A stretch of 64,000 nucleotides of DNA. Origin: Candidatus Limnocylindrales bacterium (GTDB lineage: Bacteria > Chloroflexota > Limnocylindria > Limnocylindrales > CSP1-4). How positions within the stretch are numbered: position 1 is the first letter of the stretch; every line of letters starts with the position of its first letter. The notes beneath the pieces were generated by a model. The model saw only the letters and a program-made list of their open reading frames with translations. It ran no database searches and was not told the DNA's origin. The DNA lies in the NCBI GenBank assembly GCA_050008515.1, contig JBEKMM010000003.1, forward strand, positions 212,394 through 276,393. Direction: 5' to 3'. Below are positions 44,827-54,114 of the stretch, one piece after another. The position numbers and the translations under genes were made by a program.

Positions 44827-45621
44827 ATGGACGACCTCCAGTTCGGATCGATCGTGCGGGCGGTGCGGAAGCGGAGAAGCCTGAGCCAGGTGGAGCTGGC
44901 CCGCCTGGCAGGTGTCTCGCACGCGACGGTATCGCTGATCGAGCGGGGGCACTGCGAGAAGCTGTCATTGCGGACGGTCAGACGTATCGGTTCGGCCCTG
45001 GACGTTCGCATCGAGCTCTTGGGCCGCTGGCGAGGCGGCGAGCTGGATCGGCTGCTGAGCCGCCGTCATTCGATGCTTGGCGAGAGCTTCGCCCAATTCC
45101 TGTTGTCGCATCCGGGATGGGTGGTCGAACCCGAGGTGTCGTTCTCGGTCTGGGGCGAACGCGGCACGATCGACCAGCTGGGGTGGCACGCATGCACTGG
45201 TCACCTCCTGGTCGTGGAGCTCAAGACGGCCCTCGTCGACATCAACGAGATGCTCGGCACGCTCGACAAGAAACTCCGCCTGGCCCGAACGATCGCCGGC
45301 GAGCGAGGCTGGCGGCCTGCCATGGTCAGCGTCTGGCTGATTGTGGAGGACACCAAGACCAATCGACGGCATGCGGCCGAACACCGGACACTCCTGGCGA
45401 GCAGGCTGCGCCTCGATGGCCGGCATCTTCGATCGTTCGTCGGCCGACCCACTTTGGCCACCTCTGGGCTCGCCTTCTGGACAAATGCAAACCCCCATGG
45501 CAGGAGGCCAGGTCCTCGGGTTGATGGCGGCGCCAGTGCGTCCCACCTGACCCAAGTGAACGCCTCCTCGAGCGTGGATTCGACGCTGCGGCAACAGAGT
45601 CGCGGGGCAGGAGTCCCTTGA
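44827..45621 (+). CDS. XRE-family HTH protein fused to a PD-(D/E)xK-like domain
   Basis: HTH 'LSQVELARLAGVSHATVSLIERG'. The C-terminal half carries 'GERGTIDQLGW...GHLLVVELKT', a D...ExK pattern. Confidence 0.75.
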   Translation: MDDLQFGSIVRAVRKRRSLSQVELARLAGVSHATVSLIERGHCEKLSLRTVRRIGSALDVRIELLGRWRGGELDRLLSRRHSMLGESFAQFLLSHPGWVVEPEVSFSVWGERGTIDQLGWHACTGHLLVVELKTALVDINEMLGTLDKKLRLARTIAGERGWRPAMVSVWLIVEDTKTNRRHAAEHRTLLASRLRLDGRHLRSFVGRPTLATSGLAFWTNANPHGRRPGPRVDGGASASHLTQVNASSSVDSTLRQQSRGAGVP

Positions 45622-45825
45622 TCGGCCGCCGATCCGGTCCGCTGCTACCCGGGTTAGCGAATGGCCAGATCGGGAGCGCGGGGCGAGCGCGAGCCGGGGG
45701 CGGCGGGGCGCAGAGGCGCGCCCTCCACCCGGGCCTCGCGCCCCCTCGGCTAAACTGGACCATCGTTCGAGCTCGGTGCCGCGGGAGGATCGCCGCGGCC
45801 CGGCCAAGCCAGTGAGAGGTCCAAC

Positions 45826-48375
45826 GTGTCGGCAGCAGAGCGCACCCGCATCGACCGCTACGAACCCGCGGCCATCGAGCCGCGATGGCAGCAGCGCTGG
45901 GCGGAGCTCGGTCTATACGACACGGACCTGACCGACGATTCGCGGCCCAAGTACTACCTGCTGACGATGTACCCGTACACGTCAGGGGACCTGCACATCG
46001 GTCACTGGTACATCATGAGCCCGACGGATGCGCTGGCCCGCTTCCACCGGATGCACGGCGAGAACGTCTTCCTGCCGATCGGCTTCGACGCCTTCGGGCT
46101 GCCGGCGGAGAACGCGGCGATCAAGAACAAGATCCATCCGCGGGAGTGGACGCTCAAGAACGTCGACATCATGCGGCGGCAGGTGCGGTCGATGGGCGCC
46201 ACGTTCGACTGGAAGGTCGAGGTCATCACCTGCGACGCCGACTATTACCGCTGGAACCAATGGATCTTCCTGCGCTTCCTGGAAGCGGGCCTGGCCTACC
46301 GCGCAACCTCGCCCGTCGACTGGTGCCCCAACGATGGGACGCTGGCGCGCGAGCAGGTCGAGGGCACGGATCGCCATTGCTGGCGCTGCGGCGCGCGCGT
46401 CGAGAAGCGCGAGCTGGACCAGTGGTATCTGCGAACGACGAAGTATGCGGACGAGCTGCTCGACTTCTCCGGCATCGAATGGCCCGAGCCGGTCCGGATC
46501 ATGCAGACCAACTGGATCGGTCGATCCGAGGGCGCCGAGGTCGTCTTCACGACCGCTCCGGACGACAGCCAGCCGGGTGGCGACGAGCTGCGGGTCTTCA
46601 CTACGCGCCCGGACACTCTCTATGGCGCGACCTTCATGGTCATGTCGCCCGAACACGCGCTGGTGCCCAAGCTCACCCACCCGGATCGGGCGGCCGAAAT
46701 CGAGGCCTACGTGACGGCTGCCGGCCGCGAGACCGAGATCGAGCGGATGTCGACCGAACGGCCGAAGACCGGCGTCTTCACCGGCTCGTATGCGACGAAC
46801 CCGGTCAACGGCGAGCGCATCCCGATCTGGATCGCCGACTACGTCCTGGCCGGCTACGGCACCGGCGCGATCATGGCCGTGCCCGCCCACGACGAGCGCG
46901 ACTTCGAGTTCGCCCGCAAGTTCAGGCTGCCGATCCGCCGCGTCATCGCCGGTCCGGAGGTTTCGGACGCGGAGGTCGCGGCGCCGATGGAGACGGCCTT
47001 CGTCTCGCACGGCACCGAGGAGCGGATGGTCAACTCGGGGCCGCACACGGGGCTGCCGGCGAAGGAAGGCTTTGCCTCGATCGTGGCCATGCTCGAGAAG
47101 CAGGGCCGGGGCGGGGCCTCGGTCAACTACCGGCTGCGCGACTGGCTGATAAGCCGCCAGCGCTACTGGGGTACGCCGATCCCCGTGATCTACTGCGACG
47201 CCGACGGCATCGTGCCGGTGCCCGACGACCAGCTGCCGGTTCGGCTGCCCGAGAAGGTCGACTACGCCGGCCGCGGCGACAACCCGCTCAAGTCGGATCG
47301 GTCGTTCGTGGAGACGACCTGCCCCAAGTGCGGCGGGCCGGCCCGGCGCGAGACCGACACGATGGACACCTTCATCGACTCGAGCTGGTACTGGTTCCGC
47401 TACCTCTCGCCGAACGACTCGAGCGCGCCTGTCGATCGGGCGATCGAGGCTCGCTGGTGCCCAGTCGCCCAGTACACCGGCGGCGCCGAGCATGCCGTCA
47501 TGCACCTGCTCTATGCCCGCTTCTTCACCAAGGCCATGGCCGACGTTGGCCTGGTCCACGAGCGTGAGCCGTTCAAGCGGCTCTTCAACCAGGGCCAGAT
47601 CCTGGGCGCCGACGGCGAGCGGATGAGCAAGTCGCGCGGCAACGTCCAGGACCCCGACGAGCTGGTCTCGCGCCACGGCGCGGACACGGTCCGGCTCTTC
47701 CTCATGTTCATGGGCCCGTGGGATCAGGGCGGGCCGTGGAGCCCCACCGGCATCGGCGGGATCAGCCGCTTCCTCAACCGCGTCTGGTACGCCGCGCTGG
47801 ATCCGCACGGCGTGGAGGCGGGCGACCCGGAGTCCGGCGTGCTGCCGGCCGGGCAGGACAAGACGGCCGCCGAGAAGGCGCTGCGGACGGCGGCTCATCG
47901 GACGCTTCGGACGGTCACCGAGGGGTACGCCGAGCTGCGCTTCAACACCATGGTCGCGCACCTGATGGAGCTCTCGAACCTGCTCCAGCGCTACCGCGGC
48001 ACCGCGATTGCCGGCGGACGGGCCTGGGACGAGGCGATCCGGCTGATGCTCCTGATGCTGGCGCCGTGCGCGCCGCACATCGCCGAGGAGCTGTGGGCGA
48101 GGCTGGCCGAGGCCCGGGGAGAGGCGTGGTCGTCGATCCACACCCAGGCCTGGCCCGCGGTCAACGAAGCCGCCGCAGCCGAGAACGAGCGCGAAGTGCC
48201 GGTCCAGGTCAACGGCAAGCTGCGCGACCGCGTCATGGTCCCGGTCGGGATCGCCGAGGCGGAGCTGGAGCGGCTGGTCCTGGCGCGGCCCAAGGTCTTG
48301 GCCGCCCTCGAGGGCAAGGCCCCGCTCAAGGTGGTCCACGCCGGCGGCAAGCTGGTCAACATCGTCGTCCGGTAA
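45826..48375 (+). CDS. leuS: Leucyl-tRNA synthetase
   Basis: 'YPYTSGDLHIGHW' (HIGH) and 'KMSKSRGN' (KMSKS). 849 aa. Confidence 0.97.
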   Translation: MSAAERTRIDRYEPAAIEPRWQQRWAELGLYDTDLTDDSRPKYYLLTMYPYTSGDLHIGHWYIMSPTDALARFHRMHGENVFLPIGFDAFGLPAENAAIKNKIHPREWTLKNVDIMRRQVRSMGATFDWKVEVITCDADYYRWNQWIFLRFLEAGLAYRATSPVDWCPNDGTLAREQVEGTDRHCWRCGARVEKRELDQWYLRTTKYADELLDFSGIEWPEPVRIMQTNWIGRSEGAEVVFTTAPDDSQPGGDELRVFTTRPDTLYGATFMVMSPEHALVPKLTHPDRAAEIEAYVTAAGRETEIERMSTERPKTGVFTGSYATNPVNGERIPIWIADYVLAGYGTGAIMAVPAHDERDFEFARKFRLPIRRVIAGPEVSDAEVAAPMETAFVSHGTEERMVNSGPHTGLPAKEGFASIVAMLEKQGRGGASVNYRLRDWLISRQRYWGTPIPVIYCDADGIVPVPDDQLPVRLPEKVDYAGRGDNPLKSDRSFVETTCPKCGGPARRETDTMDTFIDSSWYWFRYLSPNDSSAPVDRAIEARWCPVAQYTGGAEHAVMHLLYARFFTKAMADVGLVHEREPFKRLFNQGQILGADGERMSKSRGNVQDPDELVSRHGADTVRLFLMFMGPWDQGGPWSPTGIGGISRFLNRVWYAALDPHGVEAGDPESGVLPAGQDKTAAEKALRTAAHRTLRTVTEGYAELRFNTMVAHLMELSNLLQRYRGTAIAGGRAWDEAIRLMLLMLAPCAPHIAEELWARLAEARGEAWSSIHTQAWPAVNEAAAAENEREVPVQVNGKLRDRVMVPVGIAEAELERLVLARPKVLAALEGKAPLKVVHAGGKLVNIVVR

Positions 48376-48813
48376 GGGCGGCCGGCAGGAGGCGCGGGGC
48401 GGCGGTTCGACAGGCCAGCTCGGGACCTCGGCAGGTCGGCCTCGCCCGGGGCTGTCAGTTGTGGCGCGTCGGGGAGTGCTATCTCGACCCGGACCGCCCA
48501 GATCCGGCCGGCGTGCGCGTCGGGAGACACATGTCGGACCACTGGGGCTCGCCGAGGAGCCGCGTCGGTCGGATATGCACCCCCCTAAGCGCAACATCGA
48601 CACCTCTGGGCCGCGAGTCGTCGGTTCCGTATCTGCAGACGCGTAGTTTCGACGACCTCAGGCGCCCGATCCGGAGCGGGTGGTCGAACATGCAGCTGCG
48701 CACGCGCATTCGGGGGCACCAACGAGGGGCCGCTTCGCACATCAGGACGGGAGGGAATCGCGCCTCGCCCGCCGTACAATCGGAGCCTCGTCGCACGCGA
48801 AGGAGGCGCCGCA

Positions 48814-50223
48814 ATGGAGCCAGGCACCGACAGCGCGCCCGCAAAGGCGGGCCAGCCGGCCGAGTCGGGCGGCGCGCCCGCGGGCAGACCGGCGAAGGGC
48901 AAGGTCGTAGAGGATTCGGACGCCATCACCAGGGTGATCGAATCGGCCGCCCGCCTGGGCGTCGAGCTGGACGAGCGCGAGGCCCACGAGTGGGTCTCCG
49001 CGATGCAGGACGAGGCGACCGGCGGCGATCTGGTGGTCGACGTCAACACCGGCGTATACGGCTACCGCGTCTCCATGCTCGACTTCCAGCCCGACGATCT
49101 CGCCCGCTTCCGCGAGATGGGCAAGATCGTCGGCTTCGACGACCGGCCGCCCAACGTTCTAACCGCGCTTTCGATCTCGGGTTCGGCCGCCCAGAGCAAG
49201 ATCAACACCTACCCGGCCGACTGCGACTTCTTCGAGCGCATCAACATCAAGGCCGACACCCGCGAAGAGGCCTGCGCCATCCTGGCCGACATGATTCGGG
49301 AGAAGGCCCTGGCGACGGCAAGCGGGCCGGGCCATCGGTTGTGGGAGGTCAAGTTCGGCCAGCATCCGGTCGAGGCAACGAAGGGCGGCAAGCCGGTCGG
49401 CGTGAAGTCGCCGATGTCGTGGACGCTCGAGGAGATCCGGGCCGGGCAGATGGAGGTCACGTTGATGGACGGCTCGAAGGCCGTCTACACGTGGGCCGAC
49501 GCGACCCGCGACCCCGGCTGGTGCAAGCTCGACTGGGTCATCTCCGACAAGACGCGCGGCAAGCTGGCCAACGCCAGCAACGTCCTCGACCCAACCTGGG
49601 AGGCGCCGGACGGGAAGATCGTGCCGCTCGACGGCTTCCTGGATCCGTACTTCCAGGAGGTCTACCTCGACGCCGACTCCATCCCGATCTTCTCGAAGCT
49701 GGTGAAGGAGCTCTCGGCCGACACGGTCGACGACTACGTCGAGGCGCTCGAGCACGAGGTCTGGAAGTACACGGTCGAGCATCCCAGCTACGGCAAGGTG
49801 GCACGACGCCTGTACAACGTCTTCCGAATGAACGGCCACTACGCCGAGGCGGCGTTCATCCGCGAGCTGTTCGACGAACCGGTGACGGCGCTATACCAGG
49901 TTGCGGCGTTGATCCGAACGCTCGGCGACGCCGCGAATTCCGGCGAGGACTTCGACGTCGAGACGCTGACGGCCGAGGTCGACCGCCTGATCATGTCGGC
50001 CATCCAGGCGCTTGACGGGCCCGAGGAAGCCGAGATGGTCGGCCACCTGCTCAAGCTGCGCAACTCGGTCCAGAAGCGCGCCACCGAGGCGGACCGGGCC
50101 GAGGATATGACCGACGTGCAGGACGCGGCCATGAAGGCGGTCAACGACTACTTCGAGCGGGCGCTCCGATCGGTCCCCGAGATCGACGCGTACCTCAAGG
50201 AGATCGTCGCGCGGGCGCCGTAG
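48814..50223 (+). CDS. Hypothetical protein with a Pol-beta-superfamily nucleotidyltransferase signature
   Basis: GAAGGAGG RBS. TACAAT at 48775-48780. 'LSISGS-x11-DCDFF' fits hG[GS]x9-13Dh[DE]h. The long helical C-terminal half has no family recognised. Confidence 0.7.
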   Translation: MEPGTDSAPAKAGQPAESGGAPAGRPAKGKVVEDSDAITRVIESAARLGVELDEREAHEWVSAMQDEATGGDLVVDVNTGVYGYRVSMLDFQPDDLARFREMGKIVGFDDRPPNVLTALSISGSAAQSKINTYPADCDFFERINIKADTREEACAILADMIREKALATASGPGHRLWEVKFGQHPVEATKGGKPVGVKSPMSWTLEEIRAGQMEVTLMDGSKAVYTWADATRDPGWCKLDWVISDKTRGKLANASNVLDPTWEAPDGKIVPLDGFLDPYFQEVYLDADSIPIFSKLVKELSADTVDDYVEALEHEVWKYTVEHPSYGKVARRLYNVFRMNGHYAEAAFIRELFDEPVTALYQVAALIRTLGDAANSGEDFDVETLTAEVDRLIMSAIQALDGPEEAEMVGHLLKLRNSVQKRATEADRAEDMTDVQDAAMKAVNDYFERALRSVPEIDAYLKEIVARAP

Positions 50224-50335
50224 CCGGTCGGGCAGCCGAAGGCGCGGCGCGGCCCAGGATAAGCGCTCGATAAGCCGCAGGTGATCGGCCTCCGATAGCG
50301 TTCGCTCGAACCCCGCTGAGCACGCCGAATCGGAG

Positions 50336-51016
50336 ATGCCGATGGATGCGAGCGCGCCCTGGCGGGCGATCGAGACGCCCGAGAATGCCCGGCCCGAACC
50401 TCCGCCCGAACGGCTGAGCCCCGGCGGGCACGGCCTCCTGCTCGCGGCGGCCGGCGCGCTGATGGCCGTCTCGGTCGGCGCGGCGCTGCTGGTCGCCAGC
50501 CAGCAGGGCGGGCAGGTTCAGGTGGTTTCAGGCTCGAGCGAGTCCGCCGGCGAGCCTATCGAACCGGATGCCTCCCGGGCGACGCTGGTCATCGAGGTCG
50601 CCGGCGCCGTGGCGCATCCGGGCGTCTACTCGCTGCCCGTCGGGTCTCGGGTCGCGGACGCGATCCAGGCGGCCGGTGGGTACTCGCCCGACGTGGATCC
50701 GCGCCAAACGGAAACGCAGCTCAACCTCGCCGCGAAACTCGTCGACGCCGAGCTCATTCGCGTACCGCGGCGAGGGGACGGGTCGGCGTCGTCCAGCACC
50801 GCTGGAGGGGCGAAGGCGTCGGTCGGTTTGCTGAACCTGAACACCGCCACGGCCGAACAGCTGGATACCCTGCCGGGGATAGGGCCGGCGACCGCCCAGA
50901 AGATCATCGCCTCACGCGAGCAGCAGCCGTTCCAGAAGGTGGACGACCTTGTGACCCGCAAGATCGTGGCCTCCTCGACGCTGGCGAAGTTCCGGTCGCT
51001 CGTGACCGTCGGCTGA
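50336..51016 (+). CDS. comEA: ComEA (SLBB + helix-hairpin-helix DNA receptor)
   Basis: One TM helix, SLBB 'VAGAVAHPGVYSLPVGSRVADAIQAAGG', and HhH 'LNLNTATAEQLDTLPGIGPATAQKIIASR'. Confidence 0.85.
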   Translation: MPMDASAPWRAIETPENARPEPPPERLSPGGHGLLLAAAGALMAVSVGAALLVASQQGGQVQVVSGSSESAGEPIEPDASRATLVIEVAGAVAHPGVYSLPVGSRVADAIQAAGGYSPDVDPRQTETQLNLAAKLVDAELIRVPRRGDGSASSSTAGGAKASVGLLNLNTATAEQLDTLPGIGPATAQKIIASREQQPFQKVDDLVTRKIVASSTLAKFRSLVTVG

Positions 51017-51019
51017 GCG

Positions 51020-53665
51020 ATGCTCCCCCGGCCCGCGTGGCTGGCGATCGGGGTCGTGGCGACGGCAGCGGCGGCGGAGATCGGCCTTGTCGCGGCCGCG
51101 GGCGTCGCCGGCGGCTTCGTCGTGGCCGCGTACGCGTGTGAGGCGGCAGCGAGACGGTCCTGGGCGCCGAGCCTGGCCGTTGCCGCGCTGGGGGCCACCG
51201 TCATCGTGGCACGGCTGGCGGTGGGCGCGGTCGCGGGCGGCGGCTCGCCCGGAACGGCGCCACTCCCCACCGGGAGCGGCCCGTGGCGGGCGACCGTGGA
51301 GAGCGCCCGCGAGAGCAAGGGTCAGCAACTTGTCACGCTGACGCTCGCCGGCTCCGGCGCGGGTACGGGCGCGGGTACGGGTGCGACGGTGAGCTGCTCC
51401 GCCGTGGCACCGGCCTTCCCCCGGCTCGTGGCCGGCGACAGCGTGACGTGGACCGGTCGCGTTCGCCCGCTCGGCGACAGCGGGTACGAGGCCTGGCTGG
51501 CGGCCCAGGGCATCGCCGCCACGTGCGAGCTGGCCGAACTGACAATCGTGGGCCACGACGACTCGCCGGCGGGGCGACTGGAGGGCTTTCGGCAGGCCTC
51601 GGGCGATGCGCTGCAGCGGGTCCTGCCCGAGCCGGAGGGCGGTCTCGCCGCCGCGATCCTGATCGGGCTGCGCGACCGCGTGGACAAGGACGTCGCCGCG
51701 GACTTCACGACCGCCGGCGTCAGCCACATCGTGGCCATCTCGGGCTGGAACATCGCCGTCGTCGCGGCGACCGTGGCGGCACTGCTGGGCGGGTTCCTGC
51801 GCCGCCGGCGCCGGGCCGTCGTCACGCTGGCCGCGATCGTGGCGTACACGCTCTTCGCCGGAGCCTCGCCGTCGGTGGTGCGAGCGGCCGTCATGGCGGG
51901 CGTGGCACTGCTCACCGTCGAGAGCGGCCGCGGCTCACGCGTGACGGTGGCGCTGGCATGGGCGGTCGCCGGGATGATCGTCGTGGAGCCTGGCAGTGTC
52001 GGCGACGTGGGGTTCCAGCTCTCGGCGGCGGCCACGGCCGGACTGGTGGCCTGGGCGACGCCACTGACCCGCCGCCTGGAGGCGGCCGCGTCATGGCTCC
52101 CCGGTCCGCTTCGCGAAAGCCTGGGCGTATCGCTGGCGGCGCAGGCGGCCACGCTGCCCATCGTCCTGCTGGCCTTCGGCCGTCTGGCGTTGATAGCCCC
52201 GGCGGCCAACCTGGTCGCCGTCCCGCTCGTGCCCCCGGCGATGGCGGCTGGCGCCCTGGCGTTCGTGGCGGGCTGGCTGGCGACGCTCGGGGCCCCCGCC
52301 TGGCTGTGCGGCCTGCTGGCGATGCCCGCGTGGGCACTCCTCGCTGGCCTGATCTGGGTGGTTCACGTTGCGGCATCGGTACCGGGCGCCAATGAGACGC
52401 TGGCCTTCCCGGCGAATGTCGTGGCCGCGGCCGCCGCCGGCCTCGCGGTCCTGTGGCTCCATAGACAGCTCCGCACGCCCCCGCCGCGCGAACGCGACCC
52501 GTCGACGCGGGCCGGGCGCGCCACGAAGCCGGCTCGTCGGCCCAACCACCGTCGCGTCTTCGTCTGCGCCGCCTTCGTCGTCGCCCTGGCCGGCTGCGTG
52601 GTCGCGTCGCGGCCCGATGGCTCCGTCCACGTGATCGTCCTCGACGTCGGCCAGGGCGACGCGATCCTGCTCGAGGGCGACCGCGGCGGCCGAATCCTGG
52701 TCGACGGCGGGCCCGACGGCAGCCTCCTCCTGAGGGTCCTGGACCGGTACGTGCCCGCGTGGGATCGGCGGCTCGACGCCATCGTTCTGACGCATCCGCA
52801 CGATGACCATGTCGCCGGCCTGGTGACGGTCGTCGACAAATACCGCGTCGGCCGGGCATTCGAGTCGGGCTGGCCGGTAGCCACGCCGTCCTATCGGGCC
52901 TGGCTCGATGCCCTGGCCGCGCACGGCTTGCGACCCGAACGGCTGCGCACGGGCGACATGCTGCGCCTGGACGACGCCACCCTGCGCGTTCTCTGGCCCG
53001 ACGATGGCACGGTCCGGCCGCCCGGCCTGGACCCGGACGCGACCGACAACCGAAAGACCAACGACGCTTCGATCGTCCTGCTCGGCAGCTACGAGAACCG
53101 CCGCTTCCTGCTCACGGGCGATGCGGAGGACGACGTCGATCCGGTCCTGCTGGCGCGCGGACTGCCGGCGGTCGACATGCTCAAGGTCGCTCATCACGGG
53201 AGCGCGACGGCCTCCTCCGACGATCTGCTGGCAGCCCTGAGGCCGGGCGTCGCGGTCGTCTCGGTCGGGGCCGGGAACGCCTACGGGCATCCGGCGCCCT
53301 CGACGATGGCTCGACTGCGGGCCCACGCCCGGACGGTCCTGCGGACCGACCAGGTCGGAACGGTCGAGACGACGCTGGATGCCGCGGCCGTCACCGTGTC
53401 GTCTGGCCGCGCGCCCGGTGACGCGCGCCCGACGCGGGCGACCGAGGGCACGCCCACGCGAGCCGGGCTCCTGTACGATTCGAGCCATGACCGTCCCGAG
53501 CCGTCGAGAAAGCGCGGCCCTGCTGCTCTCGCTCGAGCCGCCGGCGTGGCACCTCCGTCACTCGCGGGCCGTCGCCGAGACGGCGGGTTGGCTGGCCTGG
53601 CGGGCGGTATCGGCCGGGCGCTCGCTCGATCGCCGCCTCGTGGAAGCGGCCGCGCTCCTCCATGA
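51020..53665 (+). CDS. comEC: ComEC/Rec2 DNA internalisation channel with a metallo-beta-lactamase domain
   Basis: Competence domain 'FTTAGVSHIVAISGWNIAVV'. MBL 'VLDVGQGDAILLE', 'THPHDDHVAGL' and 'KVAHHGS'. The 3' end runs 179 nt into the next gene. Confidence 0.85.
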   Translation: MLPRPAWLAIGVVATAAAAEIGLVAAAGVAGGFVVAAYACEAAARRSWAPSLAVAALGATVIVARLAVGAVAGGGSPGTAPLPTGSGPWRATVESARESKGQQLVTLTLAGSGAGTGAGTGATVSCSAVAPAFPRLVAGDSVTWTGRVRPLGDSGYEAWLAAQGIAATCELAELTIVGHDDSPAGRLEGFRQASGDALQRVLPEPEGGLAAAILIGLRDRVDKDVAADFTTAGVSHIVAISGWNIAVVAATVAALLGGFLRRRRRAVVTLAAIVAYTLFAGASPSVVRAAVMAGVALLTVESGRGSRVTVALAWAVAGMIVVEPGSVGDVGFQLSAAATAGLVAWATPLTRRLEAAASWLPGPLRESLGVSLAAQAATLPIVLLAFGRLALIAPAANLVAVPLVPPAMAAGALAFVAGWLATLGAPAWLCGLLAMPAWALLAGLIWVVHVAASVPGANETLAFPANVVAAAAAGLAVLWLHRQLRTPPPRERDPSTRAGRATKPARRPNHRRVFVCAAFVVALAGCVVASRPDGSVHVIVLDVGQGDAILLEGDRGGRILVDGGPDGSLLLRVLDRYVPAWDRRLDAIVLTHPHDDHVAGLVTVVDKYRVGRAFESGWPVATPSYRAWLDALAAHGLRPERLRTGDMLRLDDATLRVLWPDDGTVRPPGLDPDATDNRKTNDASIVLLGSYENRRFLLTGDAEDDVDPVLLARGLPAVDMLKVAHHGSATASSDDLLAALRPGVAVVSVGAGNAYGHPAPSTMARLRAHARTVLRTDQVGTVETTLDAAAVTVSSGRAPGDARPTRATEGTPTRAGLLYDSSHDRPEPSRKRGPAALARAAGVAPPSLAGRRRDGGLAGLAGGIGRALARSPPRGSGRAPP

Positions 53666-54113
53666 CGTCGACAAGCTGCCCGCCGTGCGACCGATCGTGG
53701 CGGACCTGGCGCATGGCGCGGGTTCGGCCGAATGGCTCGCCCGGCGCGGGTACCCCGAACTCGGCGATGCGATCGTCGGCCATCCGGTGACGCGCCTGGC
53801 CGACGGCGCCTGGTTCGACCGATGGTTCGCGCGCGCATCGCGAGAGGCCCTGGTGGTCGCGTACGCCGACAAGCGAGCCGGGCAGAAGTTCGAGTCGATG
53901 GCGGAGCGGTTCGCCTCATGGGAGCGTCGCTACCCACCGGAGGAACGCGCTGGGAGGGCTCGCGGTACCTGGTCGCCCGAGACGCTGGCGGCCGTCCGCC
54001 AGCGGGCCGAAGCGCTGGAGGCCCGCGTCTGCGAGCTCGTGGGCGCGCGGCCCTCCGACGTGCGCCGTCTCGAGTGGACCGGCCGGGCGCTTCAACTCGC
54101 CAGGAGCGCCTGA
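53487..54113 (+). CDS. HD-domain phosphohydrolase
   Basis: ATG at 53487. 'HLRHSRAVAETAGWLA...AALLHDVDK' (H...HD motif). Confidence 0.75.
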   Translation: MTVPSRRESAALLLSLEPPAWHLRHSRAVAETAGWLAWRAVSAGRSLDRRLVEAAALLHDVDKLPAVRPIVADLAHGAGSAEWLARRGYPELGDAIVGHPVTRLADGAWFDRWFARASREALVVAYADKRAGQKFESMAERFASWERRYPPEERAGRARGTWSPETLAAVRQRAEALEARVCELVGARPSDVRRLEWTGRALQLARSA

Positions 54114-54114
54114 C

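Noticed and set aside
34627-45621. Integrated element or prophage at either tRNA-Ala
   Set aside because: I noticed no integrase, recombinase or phage genes, and no duplicated tRNA 3'-end (att) sequence downstream. The neighbouring genes look chromosomal.
45982-48603. 873-aa antisense ORF across leuS, plus the 47718-50015 and 45885-47567 ORFs
   Set aside because: leuS is unambiguous (HIGH and KMSKS motifs). These frames are Arg/Pro/Gly-rich with no recognisable domains.
48814-50223. CBASS or MNT/HEPN defence operon around the NTase-like gene
   Set aside because: No effector, Cap2/Cap3, HEPN or toxin gene is adjacent. The neighbours are leuS and the comEA-comEC-holA operon.
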